The notes beneath the pieces were generated by a model. It saw only the letters and a list, made by a program, of their open reading frames with translations. It made no database searches and was not told the DNA's origin. Of a stretch of DNA of 64,000 nucleotides, positions 23,981 through 37,985 are shown one piece after another. Both the position numbers and the translations under genes were made by a program. Position 1 is the first letter of the stretch; every line of letters starts with the position of its first letter. Origin of the DNA: Selaginella moellendorffii (lineage: Eukaryota; Plantae; Lycopodiophyta); NCBI RefSeq assembly GCF_000143415.4, contig NW_003314351.1, positions 735,545 through 799,544 of the forward strand. Reading direction: 5' to 3'.

Positions 23981-26900
23981 TGTAAGCGACTAATTTTTCC
24001 ATTTTACTTTAGTCACTTAACCGCACCTCCGACCACTTGGAGTAGTCTCACTCACAACCTCCGTAAGTCCTATTTTGGACTTGGGCTTACTAGCCCCGAG
24101 GATGGCATCCCCGCCACTCAACCTATGCACTTGGTCCAAGTGCTCCACGTGTCCGATCCCATGACCGACACCCCAAGGTACCACCAACATATCAGCCTGT
24201 TACGCTAAGGCCATATCCATTCACCTTGGTCACCACGATGGTCTGACACTATCTGCATCCCAGTCTCGTCACTCAAAGACTGGGCTATCCATCCACGAGT
24301 GATCATCCCAGATCCACTCCTTAGCATCCTTAGGATGCCCACAGACATGGGGGATTAGCCTTCCCCAATATCTCTGTTCCAGTCCCCACCAAGTCCCTTT
24401 TTGTCCTTAGCTGTGCTCGCCAACATTGCCATTGAATCAAGGCCCACGGGCCCGACCACTAAGTCCCGCTGTCCTCTAGGACTTCCTCCCTGTGTGACCG
24501 TGTCCTTGGTCACCACACCAGAGGACTACTCCTCTTCCTTTCCACCGTCTGGGACTTTGGGACGACATTTCGGAACACCATGGCCCTACGCGGGCCTCGT
24601 GGGTACTCTCCCTGCCTTACGCCTTTAGGTGCTCTAGCCATGGGCTTAGAGCGAGGTTCCATTGAGCCACACCAGGTATCCAAGTAGGTAGTGCCACCCA
24701 CGCTTGGACTGGGAGCATCGGCTAGACGATCTCCCGGGGGAACTAGAGCCGGCTCTTGAACACTTCACCAAGCTACCCCGCTTGTCGGTCTATGTTCACT
24801 CTAGTCTTGGACTTCCCAGTGGTCAGCTCATCACCCAACACTGGGTGCAGCCTCTCAGGGCCAAACTGGCCTTTCCTGGCCAAACTGGCTCCACTGCAGT
24901 CCTCCCCCTACTATACTTTTGGAGCTCACCAAACCCCCCAGGGTCTGGGAGACGAACGCTTTGGGCTTTCACCCTCTCAGACTCGAACTCGGACTCGGAC
25001 TCGGACTCGGACTCGGACTCGAACTCGGACTCGGACTCGGGCTCGGGCTCGGGCTCGGTCTCGGGCTCGGTCTCGGTCTTGGTCTCGGTCTCGGTCCCGG
25101 TCTTGGTCCCAGTCTCGGTCTCGGTCTCGACTTCGGACTTTATCTCGGGTCCATCTCGGACTCCATCTCGGACTCCATCTCGGGTCCATCTCAGACTCCA
25201 TCTCGGACTCCATCTTGGGTCCATCTCGGACTCCATCTTGGGTCCATCTTGGACTCCATCTTGGGTCCATCTCGGGTCCATCTCGGACTCCATCTCGGGT
25301 CCATCTCGGGTCCATCTCGGACTCCATCTCGGACTCCATCTCGGGTCCATCTCGGACTCCATCTCGGACTCCGTCTCGGGTCCATTTCGGGTCCATCTCG
25401 GACTCCATCTTGGGTCCGTCTCGGACTCAATCTCAGATCCATCTCGGGTCCACCTCGGACTCCACCTTGGACTCCATCTTGGGGTCCTTCTCAGACTCCA
25501 CTTCGGACTCCGACTCGGATCCATCTCGGACACTTCCACGTGTCATGTGTTAGTCCTTTTTGGGTCCCTTTTTGGAGCCTCGCTTATGGCTCGCTTCGTG
25601 CTCATTCCTCAAGCACTTTGTTAGGGGTTCCACTCCTGCTCTCGACCTTTCAAGGCGGAGCTTTTAGTCCAAACGTGTTACGCTCGTTTGGCTTTCGCTT
25701 CGGCCACTACCACGTGGCGCCCCTCTGGCTCTACTTTGGGGCCTAGGGATTTTGTGTTTCACAACTCCACCACCCATAGACGAAGTTCGATGTCCTCATC
25801 GAACGGTAAACCCTTTCATAAAGTAGCACCCGCATGTGTTACCATTTCCATCCTTGGCACCCAACCAATATCTGTCTATGGTTTGACACCAAAGGCTCAC
25901 CATGCCTTGTCCATCCTCTAAGGAGCATAGCCTCTCCAACTTAGAGGCTCATTTGACCACTTGTGGTGGTTCTCTCCTTTTATTGGTTTAGTTCTTACTA
26001 AACCTGTTAGAGACACCTTCTCTAACTCGATCCCACTACTCGTTCTCAAGTGGTCTCACTTTCCAGCGCTATAACCCTTGCACTTTGGAACTTTTAATTC
26101 TGACTTCTCGAAGTCAATTTCCTAGGTGTCTCCGACACCTTGCATTGCACATATTGTGCAACTCCACTTCCTCATCCTAGGAAGTTCTCCACTTGAGGGC
26201 GCCATCATCCTCTGTTCGATTTCATGCCACCTTTGGGCACTGAGTTCCAGTTATCATATTGTGTGTTAGGGCTGTCCATGGCCCTATCCTTTGGCTACTT
26301 TGCCGCTTCCTCACCGTGAGCTTTTACTTCGCCAAATTGGAGCACTTAGGAATCCACCTTTGGAAGTCCACTTCCTTTCCCACAAGCCGTTAGCATCAAA
26401 TACATTAGTGTTCCTTGGCTAACTTTGCCATTTGGAACCCCTCCATTAAATTCCATGGCCCAAACTTGGCCACTAGTCCTTTGCTCCTATCCTTGATTGT
26501 TGCACCCAGCAACATAGGATCGCTACCTCCATTTTTGAGGTATCCTTTCGGTTCCATAACAAAGACTCTTCTTTGCCAAATCCGGAGGATGTTCACCCCT
26601 AGTACGTCTCTTTAGCATCTTCTGCTATGGGCTCTATCCACAGCCCAACTTTGTGACCCTCCCATGGGTCTCTTATAGAGACTACTTTCCTTGGACTCAC
26701 TATGCCATCGCACGGACATAATTTATTTCCCTTAGGTGCTCTTCCCACTTGGTCATCATGACCAAGCCACACCACCTTAAACAGTTTAATTTCAACATTT
26801 TGAACCAGGAACTTCATTCCTTAGCCAACCAAGGACCTTGTCCTTATTTGGCCTTCAAATTGTTAACTATAACCCCGGGGGCATCCCCCACACTTGGCGG

Positions 26901-29900
26901 TGCACCCAAGCCAGCCCTTACGACCAAGGGTTCATAGCAACTGAGATTAGCTGTCCCCATCTCACTCACCACGTCCTTGGTGCCACTTGCACCAAAGTGT
27001 TCAAGTTAGATATGCCAAGCTTTCACACTAAGCAATATAACCGTGCATCACGACTCCGAGGCATCCCTCACTTGGCGGTGTGCCCAAACCAGTCTCCACA
27101 CTGAGAGTCCATGACCACCGAAATATGAGTGTCCTCATATTCCAAACCATCACCACGCCCTAGTGATTTGGGACTCGAACCCAAGCACTAGAGGGTCGGG
27201 ACTCGAACCCAACCTCCGTATATGCATCTACGGACGGCATCACCCAGGATGCCTAGCGTGACTCCCCACGCCAGTGCACCAACTTATACTCAAAGCACGC
27301 TATAGATCACAGCTTAGGAACCTAATTCCTCCCTACTACCAAGTCCTCTCACTTGACAAGCCTGTGATCATGCATGGACTCCTCCATGCTTGGCCCCATG
27401 GCCCACCATTTTTGAAGTTATCACCTTCAACTAGGGTATTTGTTCCCCTGACTTGCCAATCTCGCTTTGGCAAGTCCTCCGACCACTGTAACATAGTTCC
27501 TGCACAAGCGTGAAAGCCCTTGATCATCGACTTTCGTTCAAAGCCCTCTCTTTGAACACTCGGGAACTACTTCCCTAACCTTGATAGCCTTGCCTCATGG
27601 CAAGCTTCAAGACCACGCTTCTACTGCGCCACTCTGATTTCGCGTGTTCCTTGAACTATTTACGCTTGGCCTTTCTAGGTATTAAGCTACCTAGAATCTT
27701 CTTTGGGAACCTTGAAGGAACTCTGTCCCTTAGCTTGCTAAGGCCTCCCTTTTTGCAAGCTTTCCAATTATCATATAGTCTAACATGGACAATTCCATAT
27801 TTTAGACTCTCTATAGCATCACAGTTGCTAGCGGCAACACTCTCGAGCCCCCACTTGATTCTCCACTCCCAGCTGGCATAACCAACCTTGGTTATGCCCT
27901 TCGATTTCTATGGTTTGGTTCTATCCCCTTACTTCTTGCTTTTGGCTTCACACCTTTCCTTCGGTCATTCTCCTCCAAACTAGGAGGATAGCTTTGCACT
28001 TTCTATCATGCCTTAGCAAGTATTCTTAGGGATGAACCTACCCGATAGCCTAGGGAGTGGTTCCTCAATCCAGGTATGCTCACCCTATAACCCCACCCAC
28101 TGGGATTACGTTGTTGCTTACGGGCCTTTGCATGCCCATTGCTAGCCTTGCCAAAATTCCATTTTTGGCTTTGTCCAATTCGAGTAGACAGTCTTCTCCT
28201 GTCTCCGCCACCTTGGACATTTGGATAGCACCTACTATCCATCATTCGCTAGGGACTTAGTCCCTTGGGCTTTATCTACTGCCCTCGCGACATCAAACAC
28301 CACCTCCTGGTGTTCTAGAGTGTTTGGGTGTCCCAATGATGGCTTCCTTGACAATGAGTATTTCCTTTTATGACATTGACTTACTATATCACAACATAAG
28401 CAACTTATCCCCCGTAAGGGTATATCCACTTCCCTATGCCATTAAGAGGCTTGGGTAGCTACCTTCTACCCGTTTAACCAATTATTTTGCACCTCTTGCT
28501 TAGTTGTCTCGTAGTTGTCAAGTCCTACAACTCATTACAGGTGCTTCCACACCTCCATCATTATCTGGGTCACCACACTCTAACTGCATGCTCTGCAACT
28601 TAGGCTATGCCATTCCCATTTCTATTGGGGTTCCTTTGGCAAGGGGTTCTCATGAACCCACCAACATAGCCTCAAGGTATCACACCTTGGCACATTTGGT
28701 GTCTCCACACCATCAGCTCCACGAGCCTACTTCTATGACACTTCTTCTTTGTGTCTAAGTCTTTGCCAAGACCAATACCACTCATTCTCATGCCAACCAT
28801 CCGTTAGCACTGCACCCTAGAGGTCTCACACAACTTTGTGTCAAAGTTGTTTTCTTTTTGGGAACACCTTTCCCACGACTTTAGCATGGCACATTTTGCC
28901 ATCGATGAGATACCCTCTGTTCTCATCCTTGGATCCTATAATCCCCCCCCATCCTTCGTGGGGTACAACCCACCTCAGTCCAAATGCTTCCATCAGTTCT
29001 TTTAGGACCATCTCTTGACTCTACTTGAGTCATCTAGCAGTTTTGGACTTAGTTAATCCACAGACCTATAAGGTCCTACTTGTGAGGCACTAGCTCACTG
29101 GAATACACTTCTTGCATTCCTGTCCTACTCAAAAGGACTATTTTCACAAGTGTTACTTTGACACTTGATTTTGTTCTCTGGGGGCAACCTTTGCCCCTTA
29201 GGACTACTTGTCCATGTGATGAGAATACCAACTCATCTCTAAGTACACCCCCCAACTCCTTGGGTTGTTCCAGCATTTATTAAAGGTAGCCCCGGCTACC
29301 ATTTCAAGGACTTGAGTCCTCTTCCGTATTTGACCTCCCACGGTCATTACCTCTGGTCTTACATTCATGAGCACCAACCTCAACTATATAAGGATAATCT
29401 TGTGACTCCTTTATTGTTTTGGAGTCTACATGTTTCCCGTGATCCCAACTATAGTTGTTTATCACAACTACGTTAGCCCGTTTGCTGCGTCAAACGTTCA
29501 TTTGGATCACATCCTCAGCTCTCTGAGGAGACCTTATACTGTTCCCAAGATCCCAAAGTCGTTCCATTATTGGCCCTTTTCTATCTACCACGTTGTGCCC
29601 AAGTTCACGCATGAACTTGAGTGGAGAGCCATGTCCTCTCGACATGCTACCCGTCCAGGATAGGCCCACTCCTAGGACCTTCCGATGCCAACATCAATGG
29701 TGATATACTTGAGCACCAATAAAAGTCGGACTAAGGAACAGCTCCGATACCAAGTTGTAAGTGACTAATTTTTCCATTTTACTTTAGTCACTTAACCGCA
29801 CCTCCGACCACTTGGAGTAGTCTCACTCACAACCTCCGTAAGTCCTATTTTGGACTTGGGCTTACTAGCCCCGAGGATGGCATCCCCGCCACTCAACCTA

Positions 29901-31310
29901 TGCACTTGGTCCAAGTGCTCCACGTGTCCGATCCCATGACCGACACCCCAAGGTACCACCAACATATCAGCCTGTTACGCTAAGGCCATATCCATTCACC
30001 TTGGTCACCACGATGGTCTGACACTATCTGCATCCCAGTCTCGTCACTCAAAGACTGGGCTATCCATCCACGAGTGATCATCCCAGATCCACTCCTTAGC
30101 ATCCTTAGGATGCCCACAGACATGGGGGATTAGCCTTGGTACTCTCCCTGCCTTACGCCTTTAGGTGCTCTAGCCATGGGCTTAGAGCGAGGTTCCATTG
30201 AGCCACACCAGGTATCCAAGTAGGTAGTGCCACCCACGCTTGGACTGGGAGCATCGGCTAGACGATCTCCCGGGGGAACTAGAGCCGGCTCTTGAACACT
30301 TCACCAAGCTACCCCGCTTGTCGGTCTATGTTCACTCTAGTCTTGGACTTCCCAGTGGTCAGCTCATCACCCAACACTGGGTGCAGCCTCTCTGGGCCAA
30401 ACTGGCCTTTCCTGGCCAAACTGGCTCCACTGCAGTCCTCCCCCTACTATACTTTTGGAACTCACCAAACCCCCCAGGGTCTGGGAGACGAACGCTTTGG
30501 GCTTTCACCCTCTCAGACTCGAACTCGGACTCGGACTCGGACTCGGACTCGGACTCGGACTCGGACTCGGACTCGGACTCGGACTCGGCCTCGGCCTCAG
30601 CCTCGGTCTTGGTCTCGATCTCGGTCCCAGTCTTGGTCCTGGTCTCGGTCTCGACTTCGGACTTTATCTCGGGTCAATCTCAGACTCCATCTTGGACTCC
30701 ATGTTGGGTCCATCTCGGACTCCATGTCGGATCCATCTCGGACTCCATCTCGAACTCCATCTCGGGTCCATCTCAGACTCCATCTTGGGTCCATTTCGGG
30801 TCCATCTCAGACTCCATCTCGGGTCCATCTTGGGTCCATCTCGGACTCCATTTCGGGTCCATCTCGGACTCCATCTCGGACTCCATCTTGGGTCCATCTC
30901 GGACTCCATCTCAGACTCCGTCTCGGGTCCATTTCGGGTCCATCTCGGACTCCATCTCGGGTCCATCTCGGACTCAATCTCAGATCCATCTCGGGTCCAC
31001 CTCGGACTCCACCTCGGACTCCATCTTGGGGTCCTTCTCGGACTCCACTTCGGACTCTGACTCGGGTCCATCTCGGACACTTCCACGTGTCATGTGTTAG
31101 TCCTTTTTGGGTCCCTTTTTGGAGCCTCGCTTATGGCTCGCTTCGTGCTCATTCCTCAAGCACTTTGTTAGGGGTTCCACTCCCGCTCTCGACCTTTCAA
31201 GGCGGAGCTTTTAGTCCAAACGTGTTACACTCGTTTGGCTTTCGCTTCGGCCACTACCACGTGGCACCCCTCCGGCTCTACTTTGGGGCCTAGGGATTTT
31301 GTGTTTCACA
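23981..31310 (-). mobile_element. Full-length non-autonomous Gypsy-derived element (family B, LARD-like), 7330 bp
   Basis: LTRs 23981-25763 and 29756-31310 (TG...CA); perfect TSD AAATA (23976-23980, 31311-31315); PBS 29741-29752; PPT about 25764-25778; interior without long ORFs, with a faint RT trace near 28235-28430. Confidence 0.95.
24976..25530. repeat. (CTCGGA)n / (CTCGGACTCCAT)n hexamer-dodecamer array in LTR B; second copy about 30495-31077
   Basis: Direct reading; produces spurious six-frame ORFs. Confidence 0.95.
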
Positions 31311-34300
31311 AAATAGCATTTGGGACCAAAATGAGACTAACACAAAGGGCATGATAGCGAGGGTGTTTGGCAAACAAGACAAACTATCATTTAGCGATAT
31401 TAAGGGACTAATCTCAATACACGAGGGTTCTTGTCACTAGCCAGTGCAAGTCAAAACAAGACAGGAACTCCTTACCAAGCTAAGTATGCATAGCTAATAA
31501 CATGTAGAAATTCTGTCCTTATGCTCGTCCAGTCTAAGTACACTCGAAATGCTCAGTTAAATCCACTAGCACAAGAGGGACTGATGAAGGATCCAACAAT
31601 ACCGACCTCTTGCCATCGTGGTAGTAAGGAAAGAATATCCGAAAGGATTGGCCGACAGGTAACTTTTAATACCTGAAGTCACATTCGCAACACTCTCCCC
31701 CCCTAGGGAAGATTTACGTCCTCATCGATGCATACTCAAATATAGAATACCGCCAAGGAAAAAACTCCAGAAAAAGTTCATGGTATTCACACTATGTGAG
31801 AAATGCACCAACTTTAATGAGTTAGGAGGCAACCTTTATGTCTAACGCGGATGTGCTACCAGCTCAGACACCTTCTAGCCGTCGCTGACAAGGAAATGAC
31901 CAACAGAGTTAACCACCCTTGCTACTTTAGTTGTCACCCAGCTTACAAAAGTGTGATACGCCTCTGCCTGCAAGGATATAGAAAGAGAAGCCAGAAGCCC
32001 CAACCCTCATGAGCATTGAAACCAAACCTGTCGGTAAGGTTTAGATAGACTACTGTAAACAAGAAGTTAGAGTTGTTTACATAGTCACGCCCTTTTAACA
32101 GAATAAGGAACATTGACAAAAAGGCGGGTTATGTGACCAATCTACAATAGCTACCCTATGATTAGAGATTTCACCATGCATACAAAGTGCCAAAGCCAGT
32201 TTACCTATACTAGCCTAAAGTCAAAGATCAATATATGGACAATATCAAAGTCATTAGACAATGATATCTTATAGTCTTAATTATCAGTGAATAAATCTTA
32301 GATTAGAACACAAAAGTATTCCAAGTAAGTTATCATCTAATAAACTAGTATTATAGAATAGGAACCACCAATATCATCATGTTTGGAAAACATAGGATTC
32401 ACCATCCAACAAAATTCAATAGCCAGCATATCATTAAAAAAACTCAATGATAAAACATAACTACTAAAGATGGCAGACAGTATGCTAAACAACTTACTAA
32501 AGATAACTCAAAGAATACAAAGTATCATTGACTGACAAGCACAATGCTCATGAATGTATCACCCAAAGGAAATAAGATCTCAATCTATCAAAATTAACTC
32601 AAGCAATAATCAACAGGACAGAATGAATGTTGCAAGACCAAAAAACATAATATTTATGCTAGCTATTGCACCAGCTAAGCTGAATAGATCCCGGTCAACA
32701 ATACCAAGGAACCAAAGTTGCTCAAGCAAGTGTTAGCAACATCCTATTGATGTCTCAAACCCAAGAGACCAATCTAGAGCAAACCACAAAGAACATGTGG
32801 TATTGCGAAAGGCTATAAGCTATCAAATAGCATAACTAACCACCATGAAAGATCATCAATCATCCCATCAAAAGAGATATGCAGAATCATCATTAAAGAA
32901 GGAATCCACCATCCCAAAGAATGGCATATCATTCCATATTAATAATAATCAAGTAAAACTTTTGATAAGAATATTCAATTATCCTAGATGATAGTCAATC
33001 ATTACCAATGATTGCTAGATACAAATGACAACTTTAACATCAAAGCTGAGAGCCAAAATGCCTTCCCCAACAACTCTTAACAAATGAAGCAATGAGCATA
33101 AAAACTCAAGGAACCAAAAACTTGAAGAAACCTATAGCTAAGTCATGCCTAGCAATGATCGTAAGTCTTGCATGAACTAACTTCAATGCTAAAGAAGAAA
33201 TCATGGTACAACCCACATTATTCTTCTCAATACATCCAGAACCTAAACTTCATAATGCAAAGCTAATGAAGAGTATATCTACATCAATCCAAAAGCCAAG
33301 CATAATAAAGCTATGCTCAACAAGTGATCACCAAATCAATCCTCCATGAATCCATCTATAGCAAGACATAACTCACTTTATAACAAGCATAAGAAGAATC
33401 ATTCATGATCGATATATTCCAACCCAAATTCAATAAAGATTCAAACATCTTCAATATCAATCACTAATTCTTCATCTCATAAAGTTAGCATTGTTCATAA
33501 CTAAATCACTTTTCAAGGAAAAGCCAAAGCTCAACCTCTACTAAATAATCTTGTTTAGAACACAACTAACTTCAAACTTGCCACTCAATTCATTTGAACG
33601 TCAACACAATGGCTAACTAGCAAATGCACAAATGCCAAGAACACAAAGCCATAGCCAAATCATCAACACTATCTTTATTGAGACCAATGAAACTCAATAT
33701 CAATCCTAAGGAGAGACATCTCATTTCACTCGAATCTCAACATTGGGCATCACTTCAATGCCATCAGTACCAAAACAAAGCTAGAAGAAAGCAAAGATGA
33801 ATCACCACTCAAACTTTCTAACAACCAAGCTAACCAAAGTCGAAGATATCTTAGTTAGTATCTGAGACCAGTTCTTCAACAATACTCAGCTATAGATAAC
33901 ACTTCATCAAGGAGTAAATCACCACACCCAAGACTCACAACTATTCCATGTGAGGCCGTACCATAGTCCCACAGTAGATAATTTCGTCTGTAGATACTCC
34001 ATACAAGAGGAAGGACATACACATGGATGCCCAATACATACAATTTCAAATTTAGGGGTAAGAATATACTTTGCTCAAGGGTATATTATACTTTTTATGC
34101 AGCCACTAATCATGGGAATCAAACCGGTATCATTTTTTCTGATACCATATATAGCACACGTGGTTTTTACCCTTTATCCTATGGTGATTTACCATCGGAT
34201 AACACCACAAAGTGGAACCTAAACCCTCTTTGTGCCATGTGACAAATGCCACATGTCACATGCCACGTGTCCAAAGGACAGTTGTGTGGAACCCGGTTGC

Positions 34301-35450
34301 TCTAAGGGTTCCAAGTTGCTCTGGGCTCCTGTCCCTGCGCTCCTTAGGCTGTATGCTCGAGAGTTGCTCCGTGGTTCAGTTCTGTCACTCCTTGGCTCCA
34401 TGCTTGGGAGTTTGGCACCATTCTTTTGTTCAATGGCCCAAGCCTCTGAACCTCAGCATCCCAATGCCAGGACCAGCATACAAAACGAAGCCAAATGGAG
34501 CCAAACAGAGTCTGGCGCTATTTCGGCATACCGGTGGCCTCCTGCCGTCATGGCATAAGGAAAGAATATTCGAAAGGACTAGCCGACAGGTAACTTTCAA
34601 TACCCGAAGTCACATTCGCGACACTCTCCCCCCCTAGGGAAGATTGACATCCTCGTCGATGCATGCTCGAGTTTAGAATACCGTGAAGGAAACAACTCCA
34701 GAAAAAGTTCACAGTATTCACACTATGTGAGAAATGCACCAACTTAAATGAGTTAGGGTAACCTCTTGTCTAACGCGGACGCGCTACCAGCTCAAACACC
34801 TTCCGGCCGTCATTGACAAGGAAATGACCAACAGAGTTAGCCACCCTTGCTACTCTAGGTGTCACCTAGCTTACAAAAGTGTGATATGCCCCTGCCCGCA
34901 TGGATATAGAAAGAGAAGCCAGAGGCCCTAACCCTCCTGAGCAAAGAAACCAAACCCGTTGGTAAGGTTTAGATAGACTACTGTAAACAAGAAGTTAGAG
35001 TTGTTTACACGGTCACGCCCTTTTAACGGAATAAGAAACATTTACAAAAAAGCGGGTTATGTGACCAGTCTACAGTAGCTACCCCATGACTAAAGATTTC
35101 ACCATACACACGAAGTGCTAAAGCCAGTCTACCTATACTGGCCCAAACTCAAAGATTAATAGATGGACAATATGAAAGTCATAGACAATGATATCTTAGA
35201 GTCTTAAGTACTAGTGATTAAATCTTAGATGAGAACACAAAAGTATTCCAAGTAAGTTATCATCTAATAAACTAGTATTATAGGATAGGAACCACCAAGA
35301 TTGCAATAGTTGGAAAATATAGGATGCACGATTCAACAAAATTTAATAGCAAGAATATCATCAAGAAAACTCAATGAAGAAACTTAACTATCGAAGATTG
35401 TAGACAGTATACCCAACAACTTACCAAAGATAACTCAAAGCACACCAAGT

Positions 35451-35613
35451 TGTAAGCTCTTGAGTTTGGACTTCCCAGGAGGTCACCCAACCCAGTACTA
35501 TTCAAACCCAAGGACACTTAACCCCAAATATCCCAAGACCCTTAATTGATTGGAAAAGCGGGGTGCATTTTTATTCATGGGCCTTTTCCCTCTATATTTG
35601 AACCCCTATGGAT
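35451..35613 (-). mobile_element. Second Cassandra-like LTR, truncated by gap
   Basis: Reverse complement of the TRIM LTR; minus strand 35468-35522 reads GTTAAGTGTCCTTGGGTTTGAATAGTACTGGGTTGGGTGACCTCCTGGGAAGTCC (5S-like). Confidence 0.85.
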
Positions 35614-36602
35614 NNNNNNNNNNNNNNNNNNNNNNNNNNNNNNNNNNNNNNNNNNNNNNNNNNNNNNNNNNNNNNNNNNNNNNNNNNNNNNNNNNNNNNN
35701 NNNNNNNNNNNNNAAAAAAATGTTCAAAGAAGAGAAGACGGCAGGCAGCTGCTGCTGCAGGTCATCTAGAGGACCCCATTATACCTCAATATAGAGTAAA
35801 ACCTTGCTATTCATTTATCATTATAAAATATCAGCCTTTAAAATATTGTAATAAAGCCTTAATTTTAAATATAAATCCATGAAATAGAGAGATAATAACT
35901 TATTTTACATTAGCATTCTCTCTATTAAAAACACATACAGAAATAATGCTAATGATATAAAGTAGAATACTTCTAATATTAAATATTACTCTCAAAATGT
36001 AAGAATATAAGTATTAGGAATAAGGGAATATCAAAGGTAAATATGTAAAATTTTGAAATTATTCTAAAAAATATAGCACATAAAGGTAATTTTTATCACT
36101 TAGTATCATGAAATTCCAAAACTTTCAGTCTATAGAGATGAAAAATAAAACTCCATAAAAATTGTTATATTTTTTTAATTTTATAAGATGTATATAGTTT
36201 AAGTGAGTTTTAAATCTTTATTTTTGAAATTATTATACTTTAGTGTCCTTAAGAAACACATTTTTTATTAAGAGGAAAAATTGTAGATCAATTATATGGA
36301 GATTTCAAATAAAAAAATAGTTACCAAGCCTCAATATTTAATTGACTCATCTGGCCATGGAATCCCACAGCGAAAAATTCCATTTATAGAAGATCATGCA
36401 GCACTAAGAGTTTTAAATGTTATATTATGTTATAAGTTAAATTTATTATATTATTTATTATGTTATATTTGTAGAAGGGATTTTGAATATAATTATTATA
36501 TTATGTTATGTTAACTATGTATGTTATAATTATGATTATATTAAATTTATAATTATGATTTCAACTTTTTGAAATACTAAAATATCAATAATAAACACGA
36601 TG

Positions 36603-36630
36603 CTCCCAGCGTAGCTGGGACTTTTGCTAG
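36603..36630 (+). mobile_element. Helitron 3' terminus
   Basis: Hairpin TCCCAGC-GTA-GCTGGGA, short spacer, CTAG at 36627-36630. Confidence 0.8.
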
Positions 36631-37898
36631 TCTTTCTATATTTAAAAGAGCAAGGGCGACATATTCAATTGAGATTCTTTATGAGCTTAATGGTGGAGAT
36701 GAAGACACGTGGGAAAAAACAGTTGAGAGTGGAACTTTTTTTTTAAGGGGTAAACCCAGTTTTTTTCAATGCATTTTTCCAGGAGCACTTATGTATTTTG
36801 GCATTTCACTGCAGTTGCACGTCATGAGGTTCACTGCATGATTGCATTGGTCCTCGCCTATCTAGGGTGTATTGCTTAGCTGTACGATGCCACACACAGC
36901 AGATAGATTAGCTGAGTTGAAGTGGCAGGTTCAAGAGCCTATGCTAGACAAAAGAGAAGATGAGGAAACTCCGGGAGACACTTTTATGGTACATTTTCTC
37001 TTTCTTGTGTTGTTTCTTTTGACAATTTCTTTAGGCTGTTGCGAGGTTTGGAGGCGACAGTGTTGTCAAGACATGATGCAGCTGCAACCTGGTTCAGATG
37101 TACGCATATACTCAGTGCTTCTTTACATGCGAGGTATGCAAGGTATGGTTTGTGTTCATTGTTTCATCACGAATATTTTACTGCCTCTTATTATGTACAA
37201 TAAGGAGTACGTGCTTGGGCAGCTCATATACGTTCAAGCAACGAAGAGATTGCCTGGTTCTCCCGGATTTCTCATCCTGTCATGCCAAGGGCTTGCAACA
37301 AGATTCCCGGCATGCGTATTGATCTAGGTTTCAAGATGATCTCTCATTTCTCTTAATCTCTGTGGCTAACTTGGTTCTTGTTGCACAGGAGTGAGTAACA
37401 GAGGGCTGTTTGGGAGTCTAATGCTGGATGCTTCGAGATTTGTTTCTTTTATTCGTTTCCAGACACCCAACGACCTTTGGGCTAAACACTCTAAAGTCGT
37501 TTATCTAAACTCTTATTAGAAAGGTTCATAAAATTATGTTTAGTCTGATGACTTCTCCAGTTTACTTGTTTGTTTTAAATGCAGATTCAAATTAGTGGCG
37601 AGAAACTGACTCCACCATTTTCGGCCTGTCAAATCTCTTGGTTTTGGTGACACAGAAAGGTGAATTTTTTCATAGTTGTTTCTTATATATGGGATTAAAA
37701 AGCCTTTTTGTGATGGAGAGTACATTTAGTAGAGTTGAAAGGTTCCCGCCAGTGTTTTGCCATGAAGAGAAACAAGGTGATATCTCTGTCTTGAAACTTG
37801 CACTGATCTTTTGAACAGGTTCATTGTGCATGTACTGAAAGAGAGATTCTTGGATTGATGGACCATATTGCTTTCTAAATTGAGATTTTCTTTGCAGA

Positions 37899-37985
37899 TT
37901 GCGACTCATGTTTGCTTAGCAATAGACTTCTATCCTGCAGGGGAACTCTTTCTTCAAATGGAGAAACAACCACTAAAATTCGTTG
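37899..37985 (+). pseudogene. Phototropin/AGCVIII kinase exon fragment
   Basis: tttgcag|ATT GCG ACT CAT GTT TGC; resembles PHOT T.THICLITDYCPGGELFLLLDRQP.K. Confidence 0.65.

Larger units (their letters stand above)
23247..35450 (-). mobile_element. Tandem non-autonomous family C LTR elements (LTR-interior-LTR-interior), first LTR split by element B
   Basis: LTR about 23247-23980 plus 31316-31692; PPT at 31693; interior 31693-34148; PBS TGGTATCAG at about 34140-34148; internally deleted LTR about 34149-34623; second PPT and interior 34624-35450 repeats 31693-32522. Confidence 0.75.

Noticed and set aside
24704-25746. Long ORFs in all frames (also 30240-31293 and 7243-7652)
   Set aside because: Products of stop-free hexamer arrays inside LTRs.
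27170-27260. tRNA gene
   Set aside because: Only T-loop-like motifs; no acceptor, D or anticodon stems seen.
35468-35522. 5S rRNA gene
   Set aside because: Only about 55 nt of similarity, embedded in an LTR, with no 5' half or T-run terminator.
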